Assembly: GCA_963822965.1 (NCBI GenBank)
Contig: CAWGJT010000014.1
Location: 96,001 to 160,000 of the forward strand
Direction: 5' to 3'
DNA: 64,000 nt
From: an uncultured delta proteobacterium
Lineage (GTDB): Bacteria; Myxococcota_A; UBA9160; UBA4427
This document shows positions 1-10,205 of the stretch, piece after piece; position 1 is the stretch's first letter, and the number at the start of each line of letters is the position of its first letter. The notes under the pieces were generated by a model. It worked only from the letters and a program-made list of their open reading frames with translations. It made no database searches and was not told the DNA's origin. The position numbers and the translations under genes are program-made.

Positions 1-14
1 AAAGGCGTTCGAAT

Positions 15-707
15 TCAGCCGCTTCGCTTGGCTGCTGCGACCAGGTGGTCGGCCAGGCGGGTGGGCTCGGGCAGGCGGTAGCCCGCCCCGCAGTCGAGGA
101 CGAGCCGCTCGGCCCCGGGCAGGTCGATGCGGTGGCCCACGCTCACGAACAGCGGGCGGGTGTCGTCCCGGGTGCGCAGCACGGTTCCGATGCGCTCGCC
201 GCCGTCGTACAGCGGCTGCCGGGCTCCGCGCTTCGCGCCGGGCTCCGCGTGCTCGCCCACCAGGCGACTCTTCGCGCAGCCGACCGTGGGCCGGTCGGCG
301 ATCAGGCCCACGTGGGAGGCGATGCCCAGGCGCCGCGGGTGCGCGATCCCCTGGCCGTCCACGAGCAGCGCGTCCGGCTCGCTCCGCAGGGCCCGCAGGA
401 CGGCCAGCAGGGCCGGCGCCTCCCGGAACGAGAGCAGCCCGGGTACGTACGGGAACGTGAGCGGACGCGTCGCCAGCCGCTCCTCCACCACCCTCCCGTC
501 TTCCACGTCCCAGACCACCGCACCCGCAATGCACCGCTCGCCGCCGCTCGCCCGTCCCGCGGCGGTGAACGCGCAGTCGAGCCCGGCCACGAGGCGCACG
601 CGCCGGCGCAGCGGCCGCTGCACGACCTGCTGCGCCAGGCGCCGCTGGACGGCGATCGCCCGGCTGGGCGAGAGATTCCACCGGTGGGGGACGCGTGCGA
701 GCTTCAT
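15..707 (-). CDS. nfi: Endonuclease V (deoxyinosine 3' endonuclease)
   Basis: Motifs AGLD, FPYVPGLLSFRE, LVDGQGIAHPRRLGIASH, GCAKSRL, YRLPEPTRLAD. Confidence 0.95.
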   Translation of the reverse strand: MKLARVPHRWNLSPSRAIAVQRRLAQQVVQRPLRRRVRLVAGLDCAFTAAGRASGGERCIAGAVVWDVEDGRVVEERLATRPLTFPYVPGLLSFREAPALLAVLRALRSEPDALLVDGQGIAHPRRLGIASHVGLIADRPTVGCAKSRLVGEHAEPGAKRGARQPLYDGGERIGTVLRTRDDTRPLFVSVGHRIDLPGAERLVLDCGAGYRLPEPTRLADHLVAAAKRSG

Positions 708-905
708 CGCCGACTGGCGGCGACGACGTACCAGCCCCGCGGTATCCCGGAGAACGGGTAGCGACCAGCCATGCAGGCCTCCGCAGGAAGGGTCGATGTC
801 GAAACGTATCCGATGTGCGTCGCACCGGCAGCGGCTCCGAGACGGCGGCGCGCCCGCGCCAGGCGTCCCGACACACCCGATCCGACACCACGGAGAGAGA
901 AGCGA

Positions 906-1574
906 TCAGAGCAGGGGCAGGGCGACCGCCACGACCCCGGCGACCGCGGCCACGCCGGCGAGCAGGGTGATGAACGACAGCCGTCGCTCGATGCCGCGCA
1001 GCCGGCCGTCGACGCGACCCTGCCGGTCGCGCATCTCCGAGAGCAGCTCCTGCAGCTCGGCCATGCGGGAGAGCTGCTCCTCCACCTCCCACACCTGGCT
1101 GAAGCGCTCGTCGAGCGCGCGGATGCGTTCGCCGAGCTCTTCCTGGCTGGTGTCGAGGTGCGACTCGATGGCGTCGAGCCGGGCCAGCATGCGGTCGTCG
1201 CCCGTGGCCGCCGCGAGCCGGCTGCTGCGCAGCCCGATGCGCTGCCAGAAGGAAGGGCGCGGCTCCTGCCGGCGGGTGCCCGGCACGGTGACCACCTCGC
1301 TCGAGGCGGACTCGCGGGGGGGAGCCGCCGGCGTCTCGGCGCCCGCCTCCGCGGCCTTCGTCTCGCCCGCTTCGGGGGCCCTCGTCTCGCCAGCAACGCC
1401 GGCCGTCGCCTCGCTCGCGGTCTCGGCTGCACTCGCGGGGGCGGCCGCCGCGGTGTCTTCGGGCTTCGCCGGGCTCGCTGCTCGCGCCGCGTCGGGCGCG
1501 GCTTCGCTGCTGGCCGCAGCGTGCGGCGTCTCGGCCGTCGGGGGCTGCGTCGCGGTCTGGGGGTCCTGCATCAC
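906..1574 (-). CDS. Hypothetical protein: Ala/Pro/Glu-rich N-terminus, coiled coil, C-terminal transmembrane anchor
   Basis: Upstream GGAG RBS, heptad-like middle region, hydrophobic C-terminus. Confidence 0.65.
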   Translation of the reverse strand: MMQDPQTATQPPTAETPHAAASSEAAPDAARAASPAKPEDTAAAAPASAAETASEATAGVAGETRAPEAGETKAAEAGAETPAAPPRESASSEVVTVPGTRRQEPRPSFWQRIGLRSSRLAAATGDDRMLARLDAIESHLDTSQEELGERIRALDERFSQVWEVEEQLSRMAELQELLSEMRDRQGRVDGRLRGIERRLSFITLLAGVAAVAGVVAVALPLL

Positions 1575-1604
1575 GCGCCTCTCCTTCCATTCCTTTGCTT
1601 ATTT

Positions 1605-1649
1605 CACTGCGTCCACTGCGTCCACTGCGTCCACTGCGTCCACTGCGTC
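1605..1649. repeat. Tandem repeat (CACTGCGTC)x5
   Basis: Five exact 9-bp copies in a divergent intergenic region. Confidence 0.95.
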
Positions 1650-1735
1650 GTCGTCGGTCCATCGGCCGTCGGTCGGCCTTCTTCCCTAGGGTCGTCATTC
1701 TAGCGCCTCGACGTGCTGCTACATTGCGCGTCCCG

Positions 1736-2479
1736 ATGGAGCGTCTGATCGATCTCGAGGGCTGCCTGAACTTCCGCGATCTCGGCGGCTACCCGACCCG
1801 CGACGGCAGGCGGCTCGCCTGGCGTCGCATCTACCGCAGCGACGGCCTGCACCGCCTGACCGCGGCCGACGTGGTGCGGCTGCGGGACGAGCTGGCCCTC
1901 AGCGATCTGATCGACCTGCGCTCGAGCGCCGAGGTGGCGCTCGACGGCCGGGGCCCGCTCGAGCACGAGCCGATGGCCTTCCATCATGTCCCGCTCTTCG
2001 ACGGCGACCGTCCTTCGACGTTCACCGGCGAGGCGAAGCGGCAGATGGAGCAGATGAGCCTGGCCGACCGCTACTACGGCCTGGCGGAGATGGCGAAGGA
2101 GAAGATCGCGCGAGTGGTCACGATCGTGGCCGACGCGAAGGGCGGCGCGGTCTACCACTGCGCGGCCGGCAAGGATCGCACGGGGGTCATCTCGGCCCTG
2201 CTGCTGGCCGCGCTCGGCGTTCCCGACGAGCTGATCGTCGCCGACTACGCGCTCAGCCAGCAGAACCTCGACGCCATCATCGAGCGCCTGCAGGCGAGCG
2301 AGGGCTACAAGGAGATGTTCGAGGCGCTGCCGCCCGACACGCTCCACGCCGAGCCCGAAACCATGGTGTCGCTGCTCGCCAAGGTGGCCGACCGCTACGG
2401 GTCGGTGCCGGGCTACCTCGAGTCGGCGGGGGTCGGGTCCGCGGTGATCGAGCGCCTGCGCGCGAACGTGCTGGAGTAG
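1736..2479 (+). CDS. Tyrosine-protein phosphatase (IphP/PtpB-like)
   Basis: NFRDLGGY, DLRS and P-loop HCAAGKDRTG; start chosen at ATG 1736. Confidence 0.9.
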   Translation: MERLIDLEGCLNFRDLGGYPTRDGRRLAWRRIYRSDGLHRLTAADVVRLRDELALSDLIDLRSSAEVALDGRGPLEHEPMAFHHVPLFDGDRPSTFTGEAKRQMEQMSLADRYYGLAEMAKEKIARVVTIVADAKGGAVYHCAAGKDRTGVISALLLAALGVPDELIVADYALSQQNLDAIIERLQASEGYKEMFEALPPDTLHAEPETMVSLLAKVADRYGSVPGYLESAGVGSAVIERLRANVLE

Positions 2480-2488
2480 CGCTTCGCT

Positions 2489-3433
2489 TCACGCCGGCGG
2501 GCCGGACGGGGAGGTGTCCGCTTCGAGCAGCGGCTCGATCTCGTCCGGAGCGAGCTGGTAGCGGCGGCCACAGAACTCGCAGCACACCTCCTGGGGATCG
2601 CCCGCCTCCACGATCTCGCCGATCTCGTCGGGGCCCAGCAGCAGCAGGGTGCGCAGGGCGCGATCGCGGCTGCACGGGCAGTAGAAGACGGGCGTCGAAC
2701 GGTGGCGCTCGCTCGACCCGAGGCCGGCGAGCAGCAGGTCCGCCAGGCCGTCGGCGCCGACCCCGTCTTGCAGGAGCGCGGTGGTGCTCGGCAGGCCCAG
2801 CACGTTCTGCTCCATGCGGAGCACCGCGTCCTCGTCGGCGCCGGGCAGCCGCTGCACCAGGAAGCCGCCGGCGGCGGACACGCGCCCGTCGGCGCCCTGC
2901 GCCACGCCGATTCCCACCGCGGACGGGGTCTGCTCGCTCTCGGTGAGGTACAGGGTCAGGTCCTTGGCGACCTCGCCCGAGACGAGGGGGACCGTGCCCC
3001 GGTAGGGCTCGCGCCAGGAGGGCCGGTGGCGAACCACCGAGAGCACTCCGAGCCCGATGGCCCGGGCGACGTCCGGGTGGCCGTCCCGCAGGGGCAGGTC
3101 GACGGCGGGATTCGAGACGGTGCCCCGCACGCGACCGGTGCTGTCACAGATGGCCACCATCATGCCCAGGGGGCCGTCGCCCCGGAACTGCAGCTGAACC
3201 GTCTCGCCGTCCTTGTTCCCGCTGCCGAGAAGCACGGCTCCGACGAGCACCCGGCCGAGGGCGGACAGGGCGGTGGGAGCCAGGGGACGGCGTTCGGCGG
3301 CCTCCGCAACGACGTTGCGCGCCACCACGGCGCGCAGCGAGATGCTGCCGTCGGCGGAGATCGTCCGGACGAGCTCGTCGTCGCGGTACTCGCCGCCGGA
3401 GCCGGCGGGGGTACTGGAGAGAGTCGTGGTCAC
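2489..3433 (-). CDS. hslO: Hsp33 redox-regulated chaperone
   Basis: GDGPLG, SEQTPS, AAGGFLVQRLPG and the zinc motif CPC...CEFC; GTG start approximate. Confidence 0.92.
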   Translation of the reverse strand: MTTTLSSTPAGSGGEYRDDELVRTISADGSISLRAVVARNVVAEAAERRPLAPTALSALGRVLVGAVLLGSGNKDGETVQLQFRGDGPLGMMVAICDSTGRVRGTVSNPAVDLPLRDGHPDVARAIGLGVLSVVRHRPSWREPYRGTVPLVSGEVAKDLTLYLTESEQTPSAVGIGVAQGADGRVSAAGGFLVQRLPGADEDAVLRMEQNVLGLPSTTALLQDGVGADGLADLLLAGLGSSERHRSTPVFYCPCSRDRALRTLLLLGPDEIGEIVEAGDPQEVCCEFCGRRYQLAPDEIEPLLEADTSPSGPPA

Positions 3434-3732
3434 CGTGTCTCCGTCGGGCTCGTTGCGTGGGTCGAGATCCTGGGACAGTCTAACGTCGCTTCCCCAGGCA
3501 CAAGCAGGCTCCTCCGGCGCCCGCGGCTCCGCTCTCGCTCGAGCGGCGGCTGCGAAGGCGGCGTGTCGCGCGCGCCCTCGCCCGGCGCACCGCGAACGGC
3601 GCGCCGGCAGGCGCCGAAGAGAGCGGCAAGAGCGGCAAGAGCGGTAGGAACGGCTGAGAACGGCAGAGAGCGAAGAGAGCACAGCCAGAGCGGCGAGCGC
3701 CGCGCGAGCGCGGCAGGAGGTGGGGCAGGGCC

Positions 3733-5067
3733 ATGCAGCGATTCCGCTTCGTGCACGCCGCCGACCTCCATCTCGACACGCCCTTCGAGGGCATTCGCGG
3801 CGTGGCCCCCGAGGTGGGGCGCGCGCTGCGGGAGGCGTCTCTCGACGCCTTCGACGCCCTGGTGGAGCTGTGCCTCGAGCAGGAAGCGGCCTTCCTGCTG
3901 ATCGCCGGTGACGTCTACGACGGTGCCGAGCGGGGCCTGCGCGCCCAGCTGCGCTTCCGGGCGGGGCTCGAGCGGCTGGCCGCCGCGGGCGTCCGGGTGT
4001 TCGTCGTCCACGGCAACCACGATCCCAGCGAAGAGGGCTGGTCGGCGATCCGGGAGTGGCCCGAAGGCGTGACGGTCTTCGGGCCGGAGCGGGTGGCCGG
4101 CGTGCCGCTGGTGCGCGCAGGCGAGCGACTCGCCACGGTGTACGGCATCAGCTATGGCCGCCGCGACGTCCACGAGAACCTCTCCCTGGCGTTCCCCCGC
4201 GACGGGCGGGCCCGACAGGGCGAGGACGGCCTGCGCGTCGGGCTGCTGCACTGCAACGCCGGCGGCAACACCGACCACGCCCCCTACGCGGCCTGTAGCC
4301 TGTCCGACCTGGTGGCCGCCGACATCGACTACTGGGCGCTCGGCCACGTGCATGGCCGCAGGATCCTCGCGGGCGACGCGGGGGCCGACGCCGGCGGTCC
4401 CTGGGTGGTGTACCCCGGCAACCTCCAGGGACGCAGCCCGCACCCGGCCGAGCAGGGCGCCAAGGGCGCCTACGTGGTGGAGGCCGAGACGCGGGACGGC
4501 GCGGCCCGGGTCCGCGAGGTGCGCTTCCACGCCGTGGACCGGGTGCGCTTCCTCTCCGTGGCGCTCGACGTGTCGAGCCACGTGGATCTCGGCCAGGTCG
4601 AGCGCGAGCTGCAGCAGCGGGCGGACGCGCTGCGGGCCGAGCACCCGGACCGCGGGCTCGTGCTGTGCGCGAGTCTCAGCGGGCGCAGCGCCGTCGCCGG
4701 CGACCTGGCGCGGCTCGGCGCGGGCGACCTGCTCGACTCCCTGCGCGACGGCCGCCGCGGCGAGCAGCCCTTCACCTGGTGGGGCTCGCTGACGAGCCAG
4801 GTGGGACGCCCCATCGATCGCGACGCGCTGCGAGAGCGGGACGACTTCGGCGCCCAGCTGCTGGCGCTGGCCGACGAGCTGGCGGAGGCACCCGACGCGC
4901 TACAGCGCTTCGCCCGGGAGGCGTTCGCCGAGCTGCCGGACGAGCTGAAGGGGGTGGAGCTGCCCGCCCTCCAGCCGGACGAGCTGCTGCCGCTCCTGCG
5001 CCGCGCCGAGGAGAGCGCCCTCGAGCGCGTCGCCGACGACGAGCCGCCGGGGGGCGCACGCCGATGA
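3733..5067 (+). CDS. Mre11/SbcD-like metallophosphoesterase (YhaO-like)
   Basis: HAADLHLD, AGDVYD, HGNHD, LLH and ALGHVH motifs. Confidence 0.92.
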   Translation: MQRFRFVHAADLHLDTPFEGIRGVAPEVGRALREASLDAFDALVELCLEQEAAFLLIAGDVYDGAERGLRAQLRFRAGLERLAAAGVRVFVVHGNHDPSEEGWSAIREWPEGVTVFGPERVAGVPLVRAGERLATVYGISYGRRDVHENLSLAFPRDGRARQGEDGLRVGLLHCNAGGNTDHAPYAACSLSDLVAADIDYWALGHVHGRRILAGDAGADAGGPWVVYPGNLQGRSPHPAEQGAKGAYVVEAETRDGAARVREVRFHAVDRVRFLSVALDVSSHVDLGQVERELQQRADALRAEHPDRGLVLCASLSGRSAVAGDLARLGAGDLLDSLRDGRRGEQPFTWWGSLTSQVGRPIDRDALRERDDFGAQLLALADELAEAPDALQRFAREAFAELPDELKGVELPALQPDELLPLLRRAEESALERVADDEPPGGARR

Positions 5068-8000
5068 GGATCCGCGGCTGGCACGTGGAGGGATTCGGGA
5101 TCCACCGCGACTGGCGGGTCGACGATCTGCGCGACGGGCTCACGGTCTTCTACGGCCCGAACGAGGCGGGCAAGTCCACCCTGCTGGCCTTCCTGCGCGG
5201 GGTGCTCTTCGGCTTTCCCGACGGTCGCTCGAACGATCCGAAGTATCCGCCGGTCGGCGGCGGCGCCCACGGCGGTCGCGTGATGCTGGCCGCGCCCAGC
5301 GATGCCGGCGATCCGGGTGAGCCTGGGAAGAGCGGCCCCGTCGTGGTGGAGCGCTTCGTGGGTCGCGGCCAGAAGGTGGCGGTCGCGCTGGCGGATGGCC
5401 GCGCGGGCAGCGAGGCCGATCTCGCCGAGCTGCTCGGCCACGCCGACGCGCGCCTGTTCCGGAGCGTCTTCGCCTTCGGGCTCGGCGAGCTGCAGGAGCT
5501 GGGCTCGCTCGGCGACGCCGGCATCCAGGACCAGCTCTTCGCGGCCGGCGTGACGGGCGGCGGCACCTCGGCCCGCCGGGCGCTGCGCGATCTCCACGAG
5601 GCCGCGCGCGAGCGCTTCGCGGGGGTGCGGGCCCGCAAGCAGGACCGGGCCCGCAGCCTCATCGACGAGATCACGGCGGTGAACTCCGATCTGTATCTCC
5701 GCCAGGAGGCCGCCGAGCGCTATCCCGGGCTGCGGGAGCGCGAGCAGGCCCTCGCCGCCGAGCTGACCGACCTCGAGCGCGACCGCGATCGGCAGCGCCT
5801 CGAGGAGCAACGCGCCAGGCGGCTCGTCGAGCTGTGGACGGAGACGTGGAGCCCGCTGGCGGAGCTGCGCGAGCAGGCCGCGAAGCTCGCGCCGTCGGTT
5901 GCGGCGCGGCTCCCCGCGGACGCGTCGGTTCGGCTGGAGCAGGGTCTACAGCAGGTGGAGAGCGACGGGTCTCGGCTCGCGGCGCTGCGGGAAGAGCAGG
6001 GCGAGGTGGCCGCCCAGCAGGGCGAGCTGTGCCTGGACGAGTCGGCCCGGGCCGTGCGGCCCCGGGTGGCGGCCCTGCACGAGCGGCTCGCGCTGCATCG
6101 GAGCCAGGCCGCGCGCATGGACGAGATCGACCGCCTGCAGCGGGAGTGCGATGCACGCATCGGTGCCGTGCTCGCGCGCCTGGGGCCGGATTTCGACGAG
6201 CCGCAGCTCGCGTTGCTGCGGCCCGTCGCGGCGCGCTGCGAGGTGCTTCGCGACGAGCTGCGCGGCTTCCAGGCGCGGCTCGACGGCAGCCGCCAGGCTC
6301 TGGGCCAGGAGACCGCCGCCGTCCGCCTGGCGGCCGCCCCGCAGGAGCGCGGTCGCGAGCAGGTGACGGAGCTGTCGCGGCAGGCGGCCCAGCAGACGGG
6401 GCCCGACCCCGCGGTCCTGGGCGCCCGCGCCGAGGCCCTGCGCGGCCTGCGTGCGCTGCTGCCCCGGCTGCGCGAAGCCGAGCTGGATCTCGAGCGCAGG
6501 ACGACGCTGCTCGCCCGGCACGAGTCCGGCAGCGGGTCGCTCGCCGGTGTGGTGCCGGTGGTGTTGCTGCTGCTCGGAATCGCGGGCCTGGGCGCGGTGC
6601 TCGTCCGCGCCGGTCGATGGGAGTGGTCCCTGGTGCTGGGCGGGGTGACGGCGGCGGTGGCCGTATCGTGCGGGGTGGTGCTCCAGCGGCGCCGTCGCGC
6701 GCAGGCCCGCGCGCGCAGCCTGGAGGAAGAGGCGGTCCTCGAATGCGGCGAGCAGCTGGCCGGCCTGCGGGACGAGGCGCGGCGGCTTCTCGAGAAGCTC
6801 GGTCCCGGTGCGGGCGAGCCGGCCGCTGCCAGGGAGATCGAGCAGCGCCTCGTCGCCTGCGAGGACGCTCTCGACCAGGACCGCGAACGCGCGGCCGGCG
6901 CGGCGCGCCTGATCGACGAGCTGCGCGGCGCCCGAACGAGGCAGGCCGCGCTCGACGCGGAGCACGAAGCGGCCGTCGAGCGCCGGCGCGCCGCGGAGGC
7001 CCGGCTCGAGGAGGAGGCATCGGCGTTCGCCGGCTGGAAGGCGGAGGTGGGCATTCCGGGAGGCTGCGCGCCCGACGAGGCGATGGCGTTCCTGGACGAC
7101 GTGCGCCAGGGCGCGGACGCCCTGGGCGATCGCGATCGACTGGACGCCGAGCGCCTGCGGCTCGATCGCGAGGTGTCGGGCTGGCGTGCGGAGGTCGACG
7201 CCGTGCTGGCCGCCACGGACCCCGACGCTTTCGGAGAGCCTGCCGCGCCGGTGGGCGACGAAGAGCGCATCGCCGCGCTGTCGCGGCTGCGCGAGCGCTG
7301 CGAGGCCGACCGCGCCGCGCGCGAGCGGCGCGAGCCCCTGGAGCGCCGGGCCCGCGAGCTGCGCGATCGCATCGTCGCCTGCGAGGCGTCGCTCGCGACG
7401 GCGCGCGCCGCCCTCGCCCGGCTTCTCGACGAGGCCGGCACCGACGACGCCGAGCAGCTGCAGCGGCGCATCGCCGCGCAGCAGGCGGCCGGCGAGCTCG
7501 CGGAGCGCATCCAGCAGGCCGAGGCCGAGCTCGAGCGCCGCCTGCAGGCCGCCGGTCCCCGGGAAGGCGCGGTCCTCCGGGAAGAGCTGCCCCACGGCCG
7601 GGTGACCGCATGGGAGGAGCGCGCGCGCGGAGGCCCGCCGGCACGTGGCCGAGCTCGAGGCGCGGCGGGACGCCGTCCTGCGCGAGCACCAGGACCGCGC
7701 CCGGGAGTGCGAGCGGCTCGAGCAGGAGACCGGCGTGATGGATCTCGAGCTGCAGAAGAGCGCCCTCGAGCAGGAGCTGCGCGAGGTGATCGACGACTGG
7801 CGCCAGCTGCGCCTGGCCGCACGACTCGTCGAGAGCGCCCTCGACCGCTTCGAGGGCCAGCACCAGCCGGGGGTGCTGCGCGAGGCGTCGCGCCTGTTCG
7901 ACCGCGTCACCGCGGGCCGCTACCCGCGCATCGTGCAGAGCGACGGCCGCGCGGGCTTCTCGGTGCTGACGGCGTCCGGCACCCATCGGGAGACGAGCGA

Positions 8001-8274
8001 GCTGTCCCGCGGAACCACCGAGCAGCTCTACCTCTGCATCCGTCTCGGCCTCGTCGCCGAGCTGGCCCGGGGAGGCCGCGCGCTGCCGGTCGTGATGGAC
8101 GACGTGCTCGTGAACTTCGACGACGAGCGAGCCGCCGCCATGGCCGCCGTGCTGGCGGACTTCGCAAGCGAGCACCAGCTCTTCTTCTTCACCTGCAGCT
8201 CCCGAACCCGAGATCTGCTGGCCGCCCTGGGCCCGAGCGTCGAGGTCCGCAACCTGGGCGCCGAGGCTGCCTAG
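5064..8274 (+). CDS. Rad50/SbcC-like AAA ATPase (YhaN-like), frameshifted near 7620-7630
   Basis: Walker A GPNEAGKST, long coiled coil with two TM segments; signature LSRGT and Walker B VVMDDVLVNFD lie in a different frame (7645-8274); ATGA overlap with the upstream nuclease gene. Confidence 0.85.
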
Positions 8275-8658
8275 GGCAGCGCAGGCGGGCGCACGCCGAA
8301 CGGCCGCGCAGCCGCCGCGCGAGCATGGCACAAGCCGCGCCATCGCCGAGACCGGCACACCGCTCCCGCGCGGGAAGCCCCAGGCCGCCACCCCGCACGC
8401 GAAATCCCCGGGATCCGCACCCCCGAAGGCCTACCGCCCGCCCGAAAGCCTGTGAAGATCGCACCCCGATGCCCCACCCGGCGCACCCGGTTTATCGAGC
8501 AAGAACCGGCCACAATGAAAACCACGCGCCGAACTCAAGAGATCGTCCATTTCACGAGAGATTCCAAAGCCGAACCCCCAATCCGCCACCACCCCCGCCC
8601 CCGGGTTATGCAGCCAACACAAGCTCGTTTCGCCAGAATCCGGGGTAGACTGGCTGCA

Positions 8659-8677
8659 GGTCAATAAGTAGTTAGAC
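8659..8677 (+). other. Putative integron attI site
   Basis: GGTCAAT-AAGTA-GTTAGAC: degenerate L box, 5-bp spacer and GTTRRRY core, the same layout as attI1; heads the array with no attC arm upstream. Confidence 0.7.
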
Positions 8678-8693
8678 AGCACTCGGGACTCCG

Positions 8694-9092
8694 ATGCGAA
8701 CCGTTTGGCTGCACTTCGCAGAATCGGACCAACAGAAGCTCGCGCGATCCCTCGGCGAGATCGCGGCGGCGCAAGAAGATGCTCCGTGGATCTATCCGAG
8801 CCTCGACAACCCGATCATCTACATCGGCTTGTCCTCCGGTCACCTCGAGCTCAGTCCTGAAGCGCGCGCCGAATTCAATGCACGCATCGGACGACTTCCA
8901 TCAGCAAGTGTCTACCTCGATGTTTCTGGTCGGGTCTCCGGCCGCGAGGAGGTGCGCGCCCTTACCCAGCAGCTTCTGTCGAGGCATCTGGGCCTGGCAC
9001 ACGACGAGCACTCCACGCACCTGTGGTCGCTCGACGAAATCCGAGGCGACGCTGAGGTTGCCGACACGCGGTTCTTCAGCACATGGTTCTAG
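8694..9092 (+). CDS. Cassette 1: hypothetical protein (132 aa)
   Basis: ORF between GTTAGACAGCAC (8671) and its exact reverse complement GTGCTGTCTAAC (9097-9108). Confidence 0.8.
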   Translation: MRTVWLHFAESDQQKLARSLGEIAAAQEDAPWIYPSLDNPIIYIGLSSGHLELSPEARAEFNARIGRLPSASVYLDVSGRVSGREEVRALTQQLLSRHLGLAHDEHSTHLWSLDEIRGDAEVADTRFFSTWF

Positions 9093-9101
9093 CCATGTGC
9101 T

Positions 9102-9236
9102 GTCTAACAAGGCGTTGCAGCGGACCAGCAACAGCTCGGTTCAATTGACCTTGGTTGCCGTCTGGCGGCATACTTCTGGGGCAGGGTCGGGTCCGGTCAG
9201 CGCTGTTGCTGGCCGCTGAACGCCGATCCGTTAGAC
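9102..9236 (+). other. attC site 1
   Basis: R'' GTCTAAC, arms GGCGTTGCAGCGGACCAGCAACAGC / GCTGTTGCTGGCCGCTGAACGCC with extrahelical bases, R' GTTAGAC. Confidence 0.95.
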
Positions 9237-9248
9237 GGCGAGGCGCGG

Positions 9249-10067
9249 TTGGTCGTCCTTGATCATGTAGCGTTTGGCGCTCGCGGGCGGTCTGAAGTCC
9301 GCGACGCGATGCATGAGCTCGGGTTTTCCATGAGCCCGCCATGTACATGCGAGTGGGCGGCCCGCGGTGATCTTTACTCCGCCGAGGCGGTGTGCTGCGT
9401 GTTTGTTCACCAATACCTGGATTTCATCAGCATCCGTAATCCTGAGTGGCGGACGCATCTCGACAGCTCAAGCGTTTACAAGCGAGGGTTCGCGCCAACC
9501 GGGATTGTTCTGTCGGGAATGAGTCCCAAAGCGGCCTCACGGTACGTACGTGCAGAGCCTTACTCGATCGTGCGTTGCGTTGATGTCGATCCTGCGACGA
9601 GAATCACGTACGAGTTTCTCCCCCTCGGACACCTTGGCCTTCCGCTGGGGCTCGTATTCGACTCAGCGCCGGACTTCCTGCGACGAGAATCCCCTCTCTC
9701 GCATCCCAACACCGTACTCGGAATCGCGCGAGTGCACCTTCGCGTGCCCTCGGTCGACGCGGCGCTCCAGCAGATCGCCAAAGCCCCGTTGAATCTGCCG
9801 TCCTCGAATGAAATCCCAATCGGGACATCTCGACTCCATCTCTACGAAGCGAGAGTCGACGGCTACCTCGGGAGTGTCTCAGATCTCCTCCCAAACACTG
9901 CGCGGCCGACGCTGCTCGCGTTGGAGTACTCCATCTCATCTATTGAGACGACGTCCGATGTCCTTCGCGCGCAAGGGGTCGCATTTCGTTCCGACGGCAG
10001 GTCCCTATCAGTCGATCCAGAACAGGGCTTCGGCACAGGCGTCATCTTTAGCCAGTCCGCCGTCTAA
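9249..10067 (+). CDS. Cassette 2: VOC/glyoxalase-like protein
   Basis: LDHVAF N-terminus, HPNTVLGIARV; stop codon lies within the R'' box GTCTAAC. Confidence 0.7.
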   Translation: MVVLDHVAFGARGRSEVRDAMHELGFSMSPPCTCEWAARGDLYSAEAVCCVFVHQYLDFISIRNPEWRTHLDSSSVYKRGFAPTGIVLSGMSPKAASRYVRAEPYSIVRCVDVDPATRITYEFLPLGHLGLPLGLVFDSAPDFLRRESPLSHPNTVLGIARVHLRVPSVDAALQQIAKAPLNLPSSNEIPIGTSRLHLYEARVDGYLGSVSDLLPNTARPTLLALEYSISSIETTSDVLRAQGVAFRSDGRSLSVDPEQGFGTGVIFSQSAV

Positions 10068-10192
10068 CATGCCGTTGCAGCGGACTTGCTCGCGCTTCTA
10101 TCTATAGGAATCGTGATAGGATCGCGTGAACCCAGGCGTCTCGGATCGGTGCGGCACATCGCCGCAAGCCGCTGAACGCCGATCCGTTAGAT
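10062..10192 (+). other. attC site 2 (IS110 inserted in its R' box)
   Basis: GTCTAAC...CGTTGCAGCGGACTTGC / GCAAGCCGCTGAACG...GTTAGAT. Confidence 0.93.
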
Positions 10193-10205
10193 ACTCCCTT
10201 CGACG

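Noticed and set aside
3733..8274. Nuclease-ATPase pair as a novel anti-phage system
   Set aside because: It matches the widespread YhaO/YhaN (SbcD/SbcC-like) pair with host-like GC; nothing in the sequence indicates defence.
8189..8682. Short minus-strand ORFs as an integron integrase remnant
   Set aside because: No tyrosine-recombinase motifs (R, HxxR, H/W, Y) or IntI-like sequence recognisable.
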